Below the pieces are notes generated by a model. It saw nothing but the letters and a program-made list of their open reading frames with translations. It searched no databases and was not told the origin of the DNA. Of a stretch of DNA of 64,000 nt, positions 35,352 through 45,165 are shown piece after piece (position 1 is the first letter of the stretch; every line of letters begins with the position of its first letter). Source of the stretch: an uncultured Actinomycetes bacterium (GTDB taxonomy: Bacteria > Chloroflexota > Dormibacteria > Dormibacterales > Dormibacteraceae). The position numbers were made by a program, and so were the translations under genes. The DNA lies in NCBI GenBank assembly GCA_964383855.1, contig CAYLIP010000004.1, positions 482-64,481 of the forward strand. The letters are read 5' to 3'.

Positions 35352-36437
35352 GTGGGTATGCCGCGCTCGCGAGAGGCAGCGGCGCGCCGGCGGCGCATCG
35401 CCCTCATCTCTCCGCCGTGGTACTCGGTCCCTCCAGACGGGTACGGGGGCATCGAGCTGGTCATCTACCTGCTGGCCAAGGAGCTTGGCCGGTGGGGCCA
35501 CGACGTCACCGTGTTTGCGGCCCAGGGCTCAGACCCGGGCGTCAGGGTGGAGGCGCTCGCCGACGCCGGCTGGGCCCGGGACCTGGGCACGCGCAATCAG
35601 CGGGCGCGCGAGGCAACCTACCTTCGCCGCGTCTACGACCGGCTGAAGAGGGATCAGTTCGACGTCGTCCATGAGCACAACGAGTACCCGGGGATGATGG
35701 TCGCGCACACGCTCGGCCTGCCCGGGCCGGTGGTGGCGACGGTGCACGGCCCGATCGGAGAACCCGAGGCCACCTTCCTGCGCGAGATCGATTCGGAGAT
35801 CGGCCTGGTGGCGATCAGCGAGGCCCAGGCGAGCGCCGCTCCCGGGGTCGCCTGGGACGCCGTCGTCCACAACGCGATCGATACCTCGCAGCTCGACTTC
35901 TCGGCCGAGAAGGACGAGTACCTGATTCAGCTTGCGCGCATCAACCCGGACAAGGGCCAGCACACCGCCATCGAGGTGAGCCGAGCCGTCGGGATGCCGC
36001 TGGTCCTGGCCGGAAAGCTGGATCACGATCCGCGGTCGCGCGAGTACTTCGAAAAAGAGATCAAGCCGAATCTGGGCGAAGACGTCCGCTGGATCGAGAA
36101 CGTCCAGGGCGACGAAAAGCGCCGGCTGCTCGCGCGCGCCCGCGCCATGCTCTTCCCTCTCGAATGGGACGAACCGTTCGGACTCGCCATGGTCGAGGCG
36201 ATGGCCTCCGGGACGCCGGTCGTCGCCTTCCCGAAAGGCGCCGCGGCGGAGCTCGTCGAGCCTGGCGTCTCCGGCTTCCTGGCCGCGGACGTGGGGGAGA
36301 TGGTCGACCTGGTGCGCCGCGTCGGGGAGATAGATCCGCACACCTGCCGCCAGCACGTCGAAAACGGCTTCGACGCCGAGCGCATGGCGAGCGGCTACGA
36401 GGCGGCCTACGAGCTCGCCCGGCAGCGCTACCGATGA
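35352..36437 (+). CDS. GT4-family (GT-B fold) glycosyltransferase
   Basis: ISPPWYSVPPDGYGGIELVIYLLAKELGRWGHDV at the N-terminus and the C-terminal E-x7-E region FPLEWDEPFGLAMVEAMASGTPVV. Confidence 0.85.
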   Translation: MGMPRSREAAARRRRIALISPPWYSVPPDGYGGIELVIYLLAKELGRWGHDVTVFAAQGSDPGVRVEALADAGWARDLGTRNQRAREATYLRRVYDRLKRDQFDVVHEHNEYPGMMVAHTLGLPGPVVATVHGPIGEPEATFLREIDSEIGLVAISEAQASAAPGVAWDAVVHNAIDTSQLDFSAEKDEYLIQLARINPDKGQHTAIEVSRAVGMPLVLAGKLDHDPRSREYFEKEIKPNLGEDVRWIENVQGDEKRRLLARARAMLFPLEWDEPFGLAMVEAMASGTPVVAFPKGAAAELVEPGVSGFLAADVGEMVDLVRRVGEIDPHTCRQHVENGFDAERMASGYEAAYELARQRYR

Positions 36438-37876
36438 CCGCACATGCCCGGAAGCACGGCGCGGCGGATCGCGGAGACCGTGGCCGAAGTTGCCACGGCG
36501 GCCGCCTCAGCTCGTCTTTTCAAGAGGTAGCAGGGCTCGCAGGCTGCTCGCGCCTGGGCGGGCGCCGGGCGATCCAGGCGGCGGATGACCCGGGCCGGCA
36601 CAAGCATCGTGAAGGTGCTTCCCTCCCCCGGCTCGCTGACGACCTCGAGCGTGCCGCCCATCAGCTCCATCAGGCGCCGGCTGATGGGAAGCCCGAGGCC
36701 CGTGCCGGAGGCGGAATCGCCGCCGGTGTCGAGCTGGACGAACTCCTCGAAGATCCGCCCGACGTCGGCGCGAGCGATTCCCGGCCCGGTGTCCTGGACG
36801 TCCACCCGCACCTTCTCGCCGCTCTCGACCTCCTGGCAGCGAACGGCCACGCGGCCGCCGGCTGGAGTGAACTTGACCGCGTTGCTGACCAGGTTGGTCA
36901 GGACCTGGCGCAGCCGGATCGGATCCGCATAGACCGGCGACTCGCCAGGCGCGCTGACATCAAAGACCAGCGATTTCTGCGCCGCCAGGGGCGCCGCCTC
37001 CGCTGCCACCCCCCGCACGACCGCCGCCATGTCCACCCAGGCCGGCTCCATGGTGGTGCGGCCGGACTGGACCTTGGCCAGGTCGAGGACCTCGTTGATG
37101 ACGGACAGGAGGTGGTTGCCGCTGACCTCGATGTTGCGGACGTAGCGGCGCTGCTGGGAGTTGAGCGGGCCGAAGTCCCCCGACGCCAGGAGCTGCGCGA
37201 AGCCGAGGATTGAGTTGAGCGGCGTCCGCAGCTCGTGGCTCATGGCGGTCAGAAACTGGCTTTTGGCCACGCTCTCCCGGCGCGCCTGCATCGCCTCGAG
37301 CCGGTCGGAGACGTCGCGCAGCGAGGCGCAGAAGAGGGGGCCTCGCTCAGTCGCCAGCACGGTCACCGAGAGATCGAGCGGAAACGTGGTCCCATCGGTC
37401 CGCCGGCCCACGGCCGTGACCCGATGGTCTCGGCGGCTGTCCTGCGGCGTGGCCAGGAAGTCCGAGAATGCCTGCCGTTGAGCCGCGATCAGGCTCTCGG
37501 GATCGAGCAGCATGGCCACCGGCCGGCCGGCGACGTCACGCGCGGGGCGCCCGAACGCGAGCTCGGCGGCGCGGTTGAAGTCGACCACCCGCCCGCTTCC
37601 GTCGACCGAGATGATGGGATCCAGCGCCGCCTCCATCAGCTCGCGCCTGAGCTCGGTCTCGACCAGCGCCCGGCCCTCGGCGGGGCGGCCGGCGACGAGT
37701 TCTCGGCCCATCAGCCGAAGCGCCGTCCAGGGGTCGGCGGGTGCGCCGGCCAGAGCGCTGCCCGCGACCGACGTGATGGCGCGCGCGAGCCTCACGTGGG
37801 CGATGACGGCGACCGCCGCCACCGCAATCGATACCAGCGCCACAAGCATGAAGAACACGGGCGGCATCGAGCCCAA
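36428..37876 (-). CDS. membrane-anchored PAS sensor histidine kinase
   Basis: N-terminal TM helix, PAS region, H-box MSHELRTPLNSI, N-box NLVSNAVKF, G-box GTGLGLPI. Confidence 0.9.
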   Translation of the reverse strand: MGSMPPVFFMLVALVSIAVAAVAVIAHVRLARAITSVAGSALAGAPADPWTALRLMGRELVAGRPAEGRALVETELRRELMEAALDPIISVDGSGRVVDFNRAAELAFGRPARDVAGRPVAMLLDPESLIAAQRQAFSDFLATPQDSRRDHRVTAVGRRTDGTTFPLDLSVTVLATERGPLFCASLRDVSDRLEAMQARRESVAKSQFLTAMSHELRTPLNSILGFAQLLASGDFGPLNSQQRRYVRNIEVSGNHLLSVINEVLDLAKVQSGRTTMEPAWVDMAAVVRGVAAEAAPLAAQKSLVFDVSAPGESPVYADPIRLRQVLTNLVSNAVKFTPAGGRVAVRCQEVESGEKVRVDVQDTGPGIARADVGRIFEEFVQLDTGGDSASGTGLGLPISRRLMELMGGTLEVVSEPGEGSTFTMLVPARVIRRLDRPAPAQARAACEPCYLLKRRAEAAAVATSATVSAIRRAVLPGMCGHR

Positions 37877-38129
37877 CCTTAGACCGCTACCGCCGCCTGC
37901 ACTTGACAGCGCCTGCGACGGCTGCGCCCTGTCCCAGACCGGCGGTTGAAGCTTGAAAGCGACATGACCCTTGCCCTCTCCTCGGCGTCATTTCAGCACC
38001 GGGTGGGCCTGACCGAGCGTCATTTCGCCGTCAATCCACCGTCTTCGAGGGAGCGTCCAAAAGAGGCTTCGTCACGCAGGTCACTTGACGGCGGATACTC
38101 GTCCGACCAATACCACTGGAGGTGCGCAG

Positions 38130-38225
38130 ATGCGCTCGACCCTGATCCGCCTTTCGTTCGCCGCCCTGACCGTCTTCGCCTTCGCCCACACGGCGACGGC
38201 AGCATGGGTTTCCAACTGGCCATAA
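38130..38225 (+). CDS. 31-codon ORF: signal peptide + C-terminal heptapeptide AWVSNWP (candidate secreted signalling pro-peptide), absent from the ORF track
   Basis: GGAGGTG lies 6 nt upstream of the ATG. The product is MRSTLIRLSFAALTVFAFAHTATA/AWVSNWP, with a basic n-region, a hydrophobic core and an A-x-A-like cleavage site. It ends 51 nt upstream of the HTH-TPR gene. Confidence 0.45.
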   Translation: MRSTLIRLSFAALTVFAFAHTATAAWVSNWP

Positions 38226-38251
38226 CCTCGTAAACAAGGGGTTACACCGGG

Positions 38252-38281
38252 GGCATGGGCGACTTAACATCCGCCCATGCC
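38252..38281 (+). promoter_or_regulatory. 10-bp stem-loop that sequesters the start codon of the HTH-TPR gene
   Basis: GGCATGGGCG (38252..38261) pairs with CGCCCATGCC (38272..38281) across a 10-nt loop. The ATG at 38277 lies inside the 3' arm. Confidence 0.4.
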
Positions 38282-39644
38282 TGAACGTCGCCGGCGTCGA
38301 GCCGGCGTCCACGTGCGGCCGGAGGCCGTCCGTCAAGCACGGCGCGAAGCCGGGCTGTCGCTCGCCCAGGTCGCCGGCGGCGAGGTGAGCCGGAACGCGA
38401 TTCACCTCGTTGAGAGCGGTCGCGCGCGCCCGTCAATCGCCACCCTTCGCCTGATCGCCCAGCGCACGGGCCGGCCGGTGGAGTTCTTCCTGGCCACCGC
38501 GCCCGACGCCGCCGCGGAGACCTGGGCGGCCGACAACCTGCAGCTGGTCGAGCTCGAGAGCCGACTGGCGCGCGCCGAGCTGGCAGCCGCGCTCGAGCTC
38601 GGTGAGCGGCTGCTCGAGCAGGTCGGAGAGGGCCCGCTGGCCGCCACTGTCAAGCTCCGGCTGGCAGAGGCCTGCTGCCGGCTGCGGCGGCCCGAGGCGG
38701 CACTCGAGCACCTGTCGGGAGTGCGGGCCGCGCTCGAGGCGACCGGCGACGACTGGGCCGCGATCGAGGCCCTCGACTGGGAGGCGGCCGCCTACTTCCT
38801 GCTCGAGGACCCGAGCGCCGTCGACCTGCTCGAGGAAGCACGCAGGCGCTGCCTGGCGCTCGCGGCGCCCGCTCCCTGGCTCCTCGCACGCATCGAGACT
38901 CACCTGGCCACCGTCCACGTCCACCGCCATTCCTGGCGCAATGCCATCCGGGCCTTCGAGGCCGCTATCAGCGCTGGCGGCGGCCTGTTCGACCTGCTCG
39001 AGCTGGCCCACGCCCACAGCGGCCTGGGCACCGCCTACCAACACTTGGGCCAGCCGGCCAAGGCACTCGTCCATGCGTCGAAGGCGCTCGCGCTCTACGA
39101 GCTGCGCGCCGAAGCCCGCATGCGGGCCAACGCCCACAACAACATCGGCGACCTGCTGCTACACGAAGGTCAGCTCGACGCGGCGGAGCGTCACATCCGG
39201 GAGGCGTTGACGGCTTACGCGGAGCTGAAGGCCGAGCGGCAGGGGCTGGGTTACGCGCTGACCAGCCTGGCCGAGCTCGAGGTGCGCCGCGGCAACGGCC
39301 TGGCGGCGCTCGAAGCGGCACTGGAGGCGATCGAGACGGCGCGCGAGGCGGGCGAGAAGGTGGTCATCGGGATGGCCCACATCGAGCTGGGGGCCGCCCA
39401 TGAGCTGCTGGGCCGGACGCGCGATGCGGATGGCGCCTTCGACCAGGCCCTCGCCGTCCTGGCCGCGGTCGACCAGCCGCTGCACCTCCGGGATGCGCAC
39501 ATGCGGGTGGCGGAGATCCTCGAGGCCCGCGGAAGGGTCGACCAGGCGGCCGCCCACTGGCGGGCGGCCGCGCAGCTCGGACGTGACCATGGGACCGGCA
39601 TCGCCCAGCCGGCCGGTTGGCTGGGAGCCGCCGCAGCCGGCTAG
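38277..39644 (+). CDS. XRE-type HTH transcriptional regulator with a large TPR domain
   Basis: The HTH is VRQARREAGLSLAQVAGGEVSRNAIHLVESGRARPSIATLRLIAQRTG. About 380 aa of Ala/Leu-rich TPR-like repeats follow. Confidence 0.85.
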   Translation: MPERRRRRAGVHVRPEAVRQARREAGLSLAQVAGGEVSRNAIHLVESGRARPSIATLRLIAQRTGRPVEFFLATAPDAAAETWAADNLQLVELESRLARAELAAALELGERLLEQVGEGPLAATVKLRLAEACCRLRRPEAALEHLSGVRAALEATGDDWAAIEALDWEAAAYFLLEDPSAVDLLEEARRRCLALAAPAPWLLARIETHLATVHVHRHSWRNAIRAFEAAISAGGGLFDLLELAHAHSGLGTAYQHLGQPAKALVHASKALALYELRAEARMRANAHNNIGDLLLHEGQLDAAERHIREALTAYAELKAERQGLGYALTSLAELEVRRGNGLAALEAALEAIETAREAGEKVVIGMAHIELGAAHELLGRTRDADGAFDQALAVLAAVDQPLHLRDAHMRVAEILEARGRVDQAAAHWRAAAQLGRDHGTGIAQPAGWLGAAAAG

Positions 39645-39732
39645 CCAGAACAGCCCTCGCCACTTGGCCTGGCGGGCCGGCCGCCACCTCCAGGCCGCGC
39701 AGCGGCGACGGAGGGCAATCCCCTACTCTGGC

Positions 39733-40257
39733 TCAGGGCTGGTGGGCGCGCTCCACCCGCTCTGCGGCGGCCATCACCTCGCGCTGTCCAGCCTCCAGGT
39801 GCTGCAGGATCTGCACCGTGATCTCGGTGTTGCGCCGGATCTCGTCGAGGATGGTCAGCGTCCGCTCCTCGGTCTGCTGCGCCTCGTCGGCCGCATGCTC
39901 CAGCGTCAGCCGGTCCTTTTGCGCCTGGCGGTTGCCGGCCAGCAGCAGGACCGGGCCCGTGTAGGCAGCCTGAACACTGAACATCAGGTTCAGCAGGATG
40001 AACGGGTAGGGGTCCCACCGCAGCGTCAGCCCGATCAGGTTTAACCCGACCCAGGCCAGCACCAGGATCGTCTGGACGATGAGGAAGGTCCAGGAGCCGA
40101 TCCCCGTCGCGACCCTGTCTGCAATGCGCTCGCCGAGCGTCGCCTCGTCGTGGTGGACGACATTCACCGGGTGGGAGTGCGCCTCCTCTCCCGACTTGTG
40201 ACGCCTCAGATGTCCAACCGGCTTGGCGGCCATCTCGGCTGCCTCTGCATCCGCCAT
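39733..40257 (-). CDS. DUF1003-like membrane protein
   Basis: GSWTFLIVQTILVLAWVGLN..WDPYPFILLNLMFSVQAAYTGPVLLLAGNRQ is the DUF1003 signature by recall. Confidence 0.8.
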   Translation of the reverse strand: MADAEAAEMAAKPVGHLRRHKSGEEAHSHPVNVVHHDEATLGERIADRVATGIGSWTFLIVQTILVLAWVGLNLIGLTLRWDPYPFILLNLMFSVQAAYTGPVLLLAGNRQAQKDRLTLEHAADEAQQTEERTLTILDEIRRNTEITVQILQHLEAGQREVMAAAERVERAHQP

Positions 40258-40423
40258 CAGTTCCTCCAGGTGTTGCGTGCTCTGCTCGCGCAGGCCCGCG
40301 AAGTATGTACCGAGGATGCCCTATTCCAGGTCTGATGCGCCGAAATCGGCGGCCGGCAGCCGCCCGGCAGCTTCCGATCGTGCCGATCACCGGCACTAAA
40401 CATGATATAAGTGATATCAGAGA

Positions 40424-41962
40424 ATGTCCCAGTCCCAACGCCGCAACAACCGCGGGCCCGGCGTCGAGTCAAAGCCTGGCTCTCACCGACGACCCAGGCC
40501 GGGCGCCGGCGGTGGCTCCGCCGCCAACGGCGGGCCGGTCAACGATCCCGTGCTTTCCGCCCTGCCCGTGGGCCCCGACCAGGAGCCCGAGCTTGACGAG
40601 CTCCTGAAGGAGAAGGGGGAGCGGTCGGGGCAGGCCGCGGCCACCGGCGTCCCCCCCGCCGGGCGCACGACCCTCGACGAGGCGCGGCGGCGGGGCCCGG
40701 TCGGGTGGCTCCAGCTCCTCGGCCCCGGGCTGATCACCGGTGCCAGCGACGATGACCCGAGCGGGATCGGTACGTACTCCCAGGTCGGCAGCCAGTTCGG
40801 CTTCGGCATGCTCTGGATGGCGCTCTTCACCTTTCCTCTCATGGCGGCCATCCAGGAACTCTGCGGACGGATCGCGCTCGAAACTGGCGTCGGGCTCGGC
40901 GTCGCGCTCAGGCGCAAGTTTCCGACCTGGCTGATCGGCGTCTGCATCCTGGCGCTCTTCGTGGCCAACACCTTCAACATCGGCGCCGACATCGGCGCGG
41001 TCGCGACCGGCGGCTCGATGCTCACTCGTGGCCACGTCCCTGAGGGCTGGCTCGTGGTGCCGGTGGCGCTGCTGGTGCTGGGACTCCAGTTCTTCGTCAG
41101 CTACCGGCGGATCTTCTCGATCTTCAAGTGGCTGACGCTCGCCCTCTTTGCCTACATCGTCACCGGGCTTATCGCGCACCCCGACGCGCTGACCGTGCTG
41201 AAGTCCACCCTCGTCCCTCACGTCGAGCTGTCGAAGGACTTCATCACGGCGATGGTCGCGGTGCTCGGCACCACCATCTCGCCCTACCTGTTCTTCTGGC
41301 AGGCCTCCTCAGAGGTCGACGAGATGCGAGCCGCCGGAATGCAGACGGAGGCCGACCGGCGGGGCGTCAAGATCTCCGAGCTGAAGGCGGCCAGGACCGA
41401 CATCCTGATCGGGATGTTCTTCTCGCAGGTGGTGATGTACTTCATCATCTTCACCACCGCCTCCGTGCTGCATGCGCACGGCAAGACCGACATCCAGACC
41501 GGCGAGCAGGCGGCGGCGGCGCTGACGCCCTTCCTCGGACCGTTTGCCTTCGTCGCCTTCGCGGTCGGGCTGATCGGGACCGGGCTCCTCGCCGTCCCCA
41601 TCCTCTCCGGCTCGGCGGCCTACGCCGCCAAGGAGTTCTTCGGGATCAAGGGCGCGCTCTCGACGCGGCCGATCTACCGTCCGACCTTCTACGGGATCCT
41701 CGCCCTGGCCACGCTCGCCGGCCTGACCATGAACTTTCTGCACCTCGACCCGATCAAGGCGCTCTTCTACACGGCGGTGATCAACGGCGTCGTGGCGCCA
41801 CCGCTGATGGTGCTGATCATCCTGCTCGGGTCCGACCCGGCCTACATGAACGACAAGGTGAGCGGACGGCTGTCGAAGGCGCTGACCTGGATCGGCGCCG
41901 CCGCCATGGCGGTGGCCGCGGTGGCGATGCTGGTCCTGGTGATCCCGGGCATCAAGCTCTGA
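40424..41962 (+). CDS. Nramp-family divalent metal transporter (distant clade, long disordered N-terminus)
   Basis: [21 protein letters not shown] is the DPGN-like region, followed by about 11 TM helices. Confidence 0.85.
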   Translation: MSQSQRRNNRGPGVESKPGSHRRPRPGAGGGSAANGGPVNDPVLSALPVGPDQEPELDELLKEKGERSGQAAATGVPPAGRTTLDEARRRGPVGWLQLLGPGLITGASDDDPSGIGTYSQVGSQFGFGMLWMALFTFPLMAAIQELCGRIALETGVGLGVALRRKFPTWLIGVCILALFVANTFNIGADIGAVATGGSMLTRGHVPEGWLVVPVALLVLGLQFFVSYRRIFSIFKWLTLALFAYIVTGLIAHPDALTVLKSTLVPHVELSKDFITAMVAVLGTTISPYLFFWQASSEVDEMRAAGMQTEADRRGVKISELKAARTDILIGMFFSQVVMYFIIFTTASVLHAHGKTDIQTGEQAAAALTPFLGPFAFVAFAVGLIGTGLLAVPILSGSAAYAAKEFFGIKGALSTRPIYRPTFYGILALATLAGLTMNFLHLDPIKALFYTAVINGVVAPPLMVLIILLGSDPAYMNDKVSGRLSKALTWIGAAAMAVAAVAMLVLVIPGIKL

Positions 41963-41983
41963 CCGCCGCCGAGGCGGAGGCCG

Positions 41984-42643
41984 TCAGCAGCAGCGTACGC
42001 GGCCCTCGCGCGCGCCCTCGATCGCCTCGCGCGTCTCGGGCACAAGCCAGACCAGCATTAGGATCGCGCCCGCGTAGTCGGCCCACCACCAGCCCAGGAA
42101 GGTGTTGAGCGCCACGGCGGCCAGCACGGCCCCGGCCAGGTAGGCGCAGGCGATCGACTCCGCGATGTCGGCCTGCAGCGCGGCACTGCCGAGGACCCGG
42201 TTGGCCCGCCGCTTGGCCGCCGCCAGCAGCGGCATCCCGACCAGGGCCGCCCCGGCGACGAGGAGGCCGGGCACCGATCCCTCCGGACGGAGGCGGAGCG
42301 CGAGCCCGCCCGCGGCCGCCGCCAGCACGTAGAGGCAGAGCAGCACGAGCAGCCCCGCCGCCAGCCAGGCCGCCCGAGCCTCGACCGCGTTGACGCGGGC
42401 CGGCGAGCTGGCGCGCTGCTCAACCGCAAGCCTCCAGAGGAGCAGGGCGCCGCTCAGCAGCTCGATCAAGCTGTCGGTGCCGAAGGCGCCGAGGGCGACG
42501 CTTCGGGCGCCCGCCGCGGCCGCGATGGCGACCCCCGATTCGACCGCCATCCAGGCCACGGTGAGCACTTCCAGGAGGAGGGCGGCGCGAACCGCCTGGC
42601 GCCGCCCCGGCGAGTTCACTTGAGCTAGTTCTGGTATCTGCAT
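41984..42643 (-). CDS. cation-efflux (CDF-like) membrane protein lacking a cytoplasmic domain
   Basis: Six hydrophobic helices; FGTDSLIELLSG resembles the CDF TM2 metal site. Divergent from the DtxR-family gene. Confidence 0.65.
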   Translation of the reverse strand: MQIPELAQVNSPGRRQAVRAALLLEVLTVAWMAVESGVAIAAAAGARSVALGAFGTDSLIELLSGALLLWRLAVEQRASSPARVNAVEARAAWLAAGLLVLLCLYVLAAAAGGLALRLRPEGSVPGLLVAGAALVGMPLLAAAKRRANRVLGSAALQADIAESIACAYLAGAVLAAVALNTFLGWWWADYAGAILMLVWLVPETREAIEGAREGRVRCC

Positions 42644-42645
42644 TC

Positions 42646-42678
42646 GGTTAGCCTAGCAGCCATGTTAGGGTATCCTAA
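42646..42678. promoter_or_regulatory. candidate DtxR/IdeR/MntR-type operator
   Basis: The perfect inverted repeat TTAGG-GTAT-CCTAA lies at 42665..42678, with a TTAGCCTA half-site at 42648..42655. Both resemble the TTAGG..CCTAA arms of iron boxes. They lie between the divergent CDF-like and regulator genes. Confidence 0.45.
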
Positions 42679-42683
42679 AAGAC

Positions 42684-43360
42684 GTGGTGGAGACGAGGAC
42701 CAGCTTCACGCAGGCGCAGGAGGACCATCTGAAGGCCCTCTACCACCTGGGCGGCGCGGATCATGCCGTGCCGACCGGGGAGCTCGCGGTGCGTCTTGGC
42801 ATCTCGCCCGCCTCGGTCAGCGAGATGGTCGGGCGACTGGCCGCCCAGGGCCTGGTCACCCATGACCGCTACCGCGGGCAGCAGCTCACAGAGGAGGGCC
42901 GCTCGGCCGCCCTCGAGCTGGTCCGGCACCACCGCCTGATCGAGATGTTCCTGGTCCAGGTCCTTGGCTACGGCTGGGACGAGGTTCACGAGGAGGCCGA
43001 GCGCCTAGAGCACGTGATCTCGGAGCGGATGGAGGAGCGGATCTTCGAGCTGCTCGGCCGGCCTGATCTCGATCCGCACGGCCACGCCATACCCACCCGC
43101 CAGGGCCGGCTGCGGGAGGTCGCCTCGCGCCCGCTCAGCGGCTGCACCGCCGGCGAGAACGTGGTCGTCCGCGTGGTCGCCGACGACGACGCGGCGCGGC
43201 TGCGCGAGCTCCGCCGGCGGGGATTGGTTCCGGGCGCTCGACTCGAGGTGCTGCTGGGGACCGCCTACGACAGCCCGATCGAGGCGCGGCTCGGGGGTCA
43301 CCGGATCAGCGTTCCTCTCGGACTGGCGCGGGGGGTCTTCGTGGAGGGCACCGCGACCTG

Positions 43361-43361
<1 letters not shown>
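42684..43361 (+). CDS. DtxR/IdeR/MntR-family metal-dependent transcriptional regulator with C-terminal SH3/FeoA-like domain
   Basis: EDHLKALYHL..GELAVRLGISPASVSEMVGRLAAQGLV..RHHRLIEMFL..HEEAERLEH. GTG start. Confidence 0.9.
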
Positions 43362-44659
<1,298 letters not shown>

Positions 44660-44712
44660 GTCCCCGGCGGGCCTATGGGAACCGCCTGCTCTCCGGTCTT
44701 CTGTCGCGGCCT

Positions 44713-45021
44713 CTATGCGGGCTCGCGGGTCCGCATGGCTTGGTGGAGAACGCTCCCATCGTGCCAGTCCGGGTCGGCGACCAGGCGCTCCCGCAGCTTG
44801 CGGTAGGTCGCGTCCATCTCGGGGCTGTCCGCGTTGGCCCGGTAGAGATCCTCGCTCTCGAACACGACGCTGATCCAGATCTCGTCGGGATCGGCGGTGC
44901 TCCGGTAGATGGTGTGGTAGAGCCATCCCTCCGGCGCCGAGCTCTCGAAGCGCTTGAGCTCGTCGATCAGCCCGTCCACCTGACCGGGCCGGCAGCGATA
45001 CCTGGCGATGGTTCCGAACAT
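44713..45021 (-). CDS. small ABM/dimeric alpha-beta-barrel-like protein
   Basis: ATG at 45021 (MFGTIARYRCRPGQ...). 102 aa with a ferredoxin-like pattern. The family call is tentative. Confidence 0.5.
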   Translation of the reverse strand: MFGTIARYRCRPGQVDGLIDELKRFESSAPEGWLYHTIYRSTADPDEIWISVVFESEDLYRANADSPEMDATYRKLRERLVADPDWHDGSVLHQAMRTREPA

Positions 45022-45165
45022 GTTCGTCACCCCCTGTATGACCAGCCGGAAAGCGGCCGGTTCGGAGATGGTAGTCCCAAATTTGGCCGCGTGCCCGTGG
45101 ATCTCGGACTGCCCGATGGGCCGGCCGGGCACGCGATCGCTGCCTGTGCCATCATCTGTGGCCTC

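Noticed and set aside
37946-38233. A 95-aa ORF spanning the region upstream of the HTH-TPR gene.
   Set aside because: It has no RBS, and its composition is atypical (Ser/Arg/Asp/Pro-rich). It overlaps, in another frame, the much better supported 31-codon signal-peptide ORF with its strong RBS.
40258-42683. Manganese (yybP-ykoY-type) or other metal riboswitch upstream of the Nramp and CDF-like genes.
   Set aside because: I could not recognise the conserved riboswitch core sequences by eye. Only generic GC hairpins and protein-operator-like palindromes are visible. A covariance-model scan is needed.
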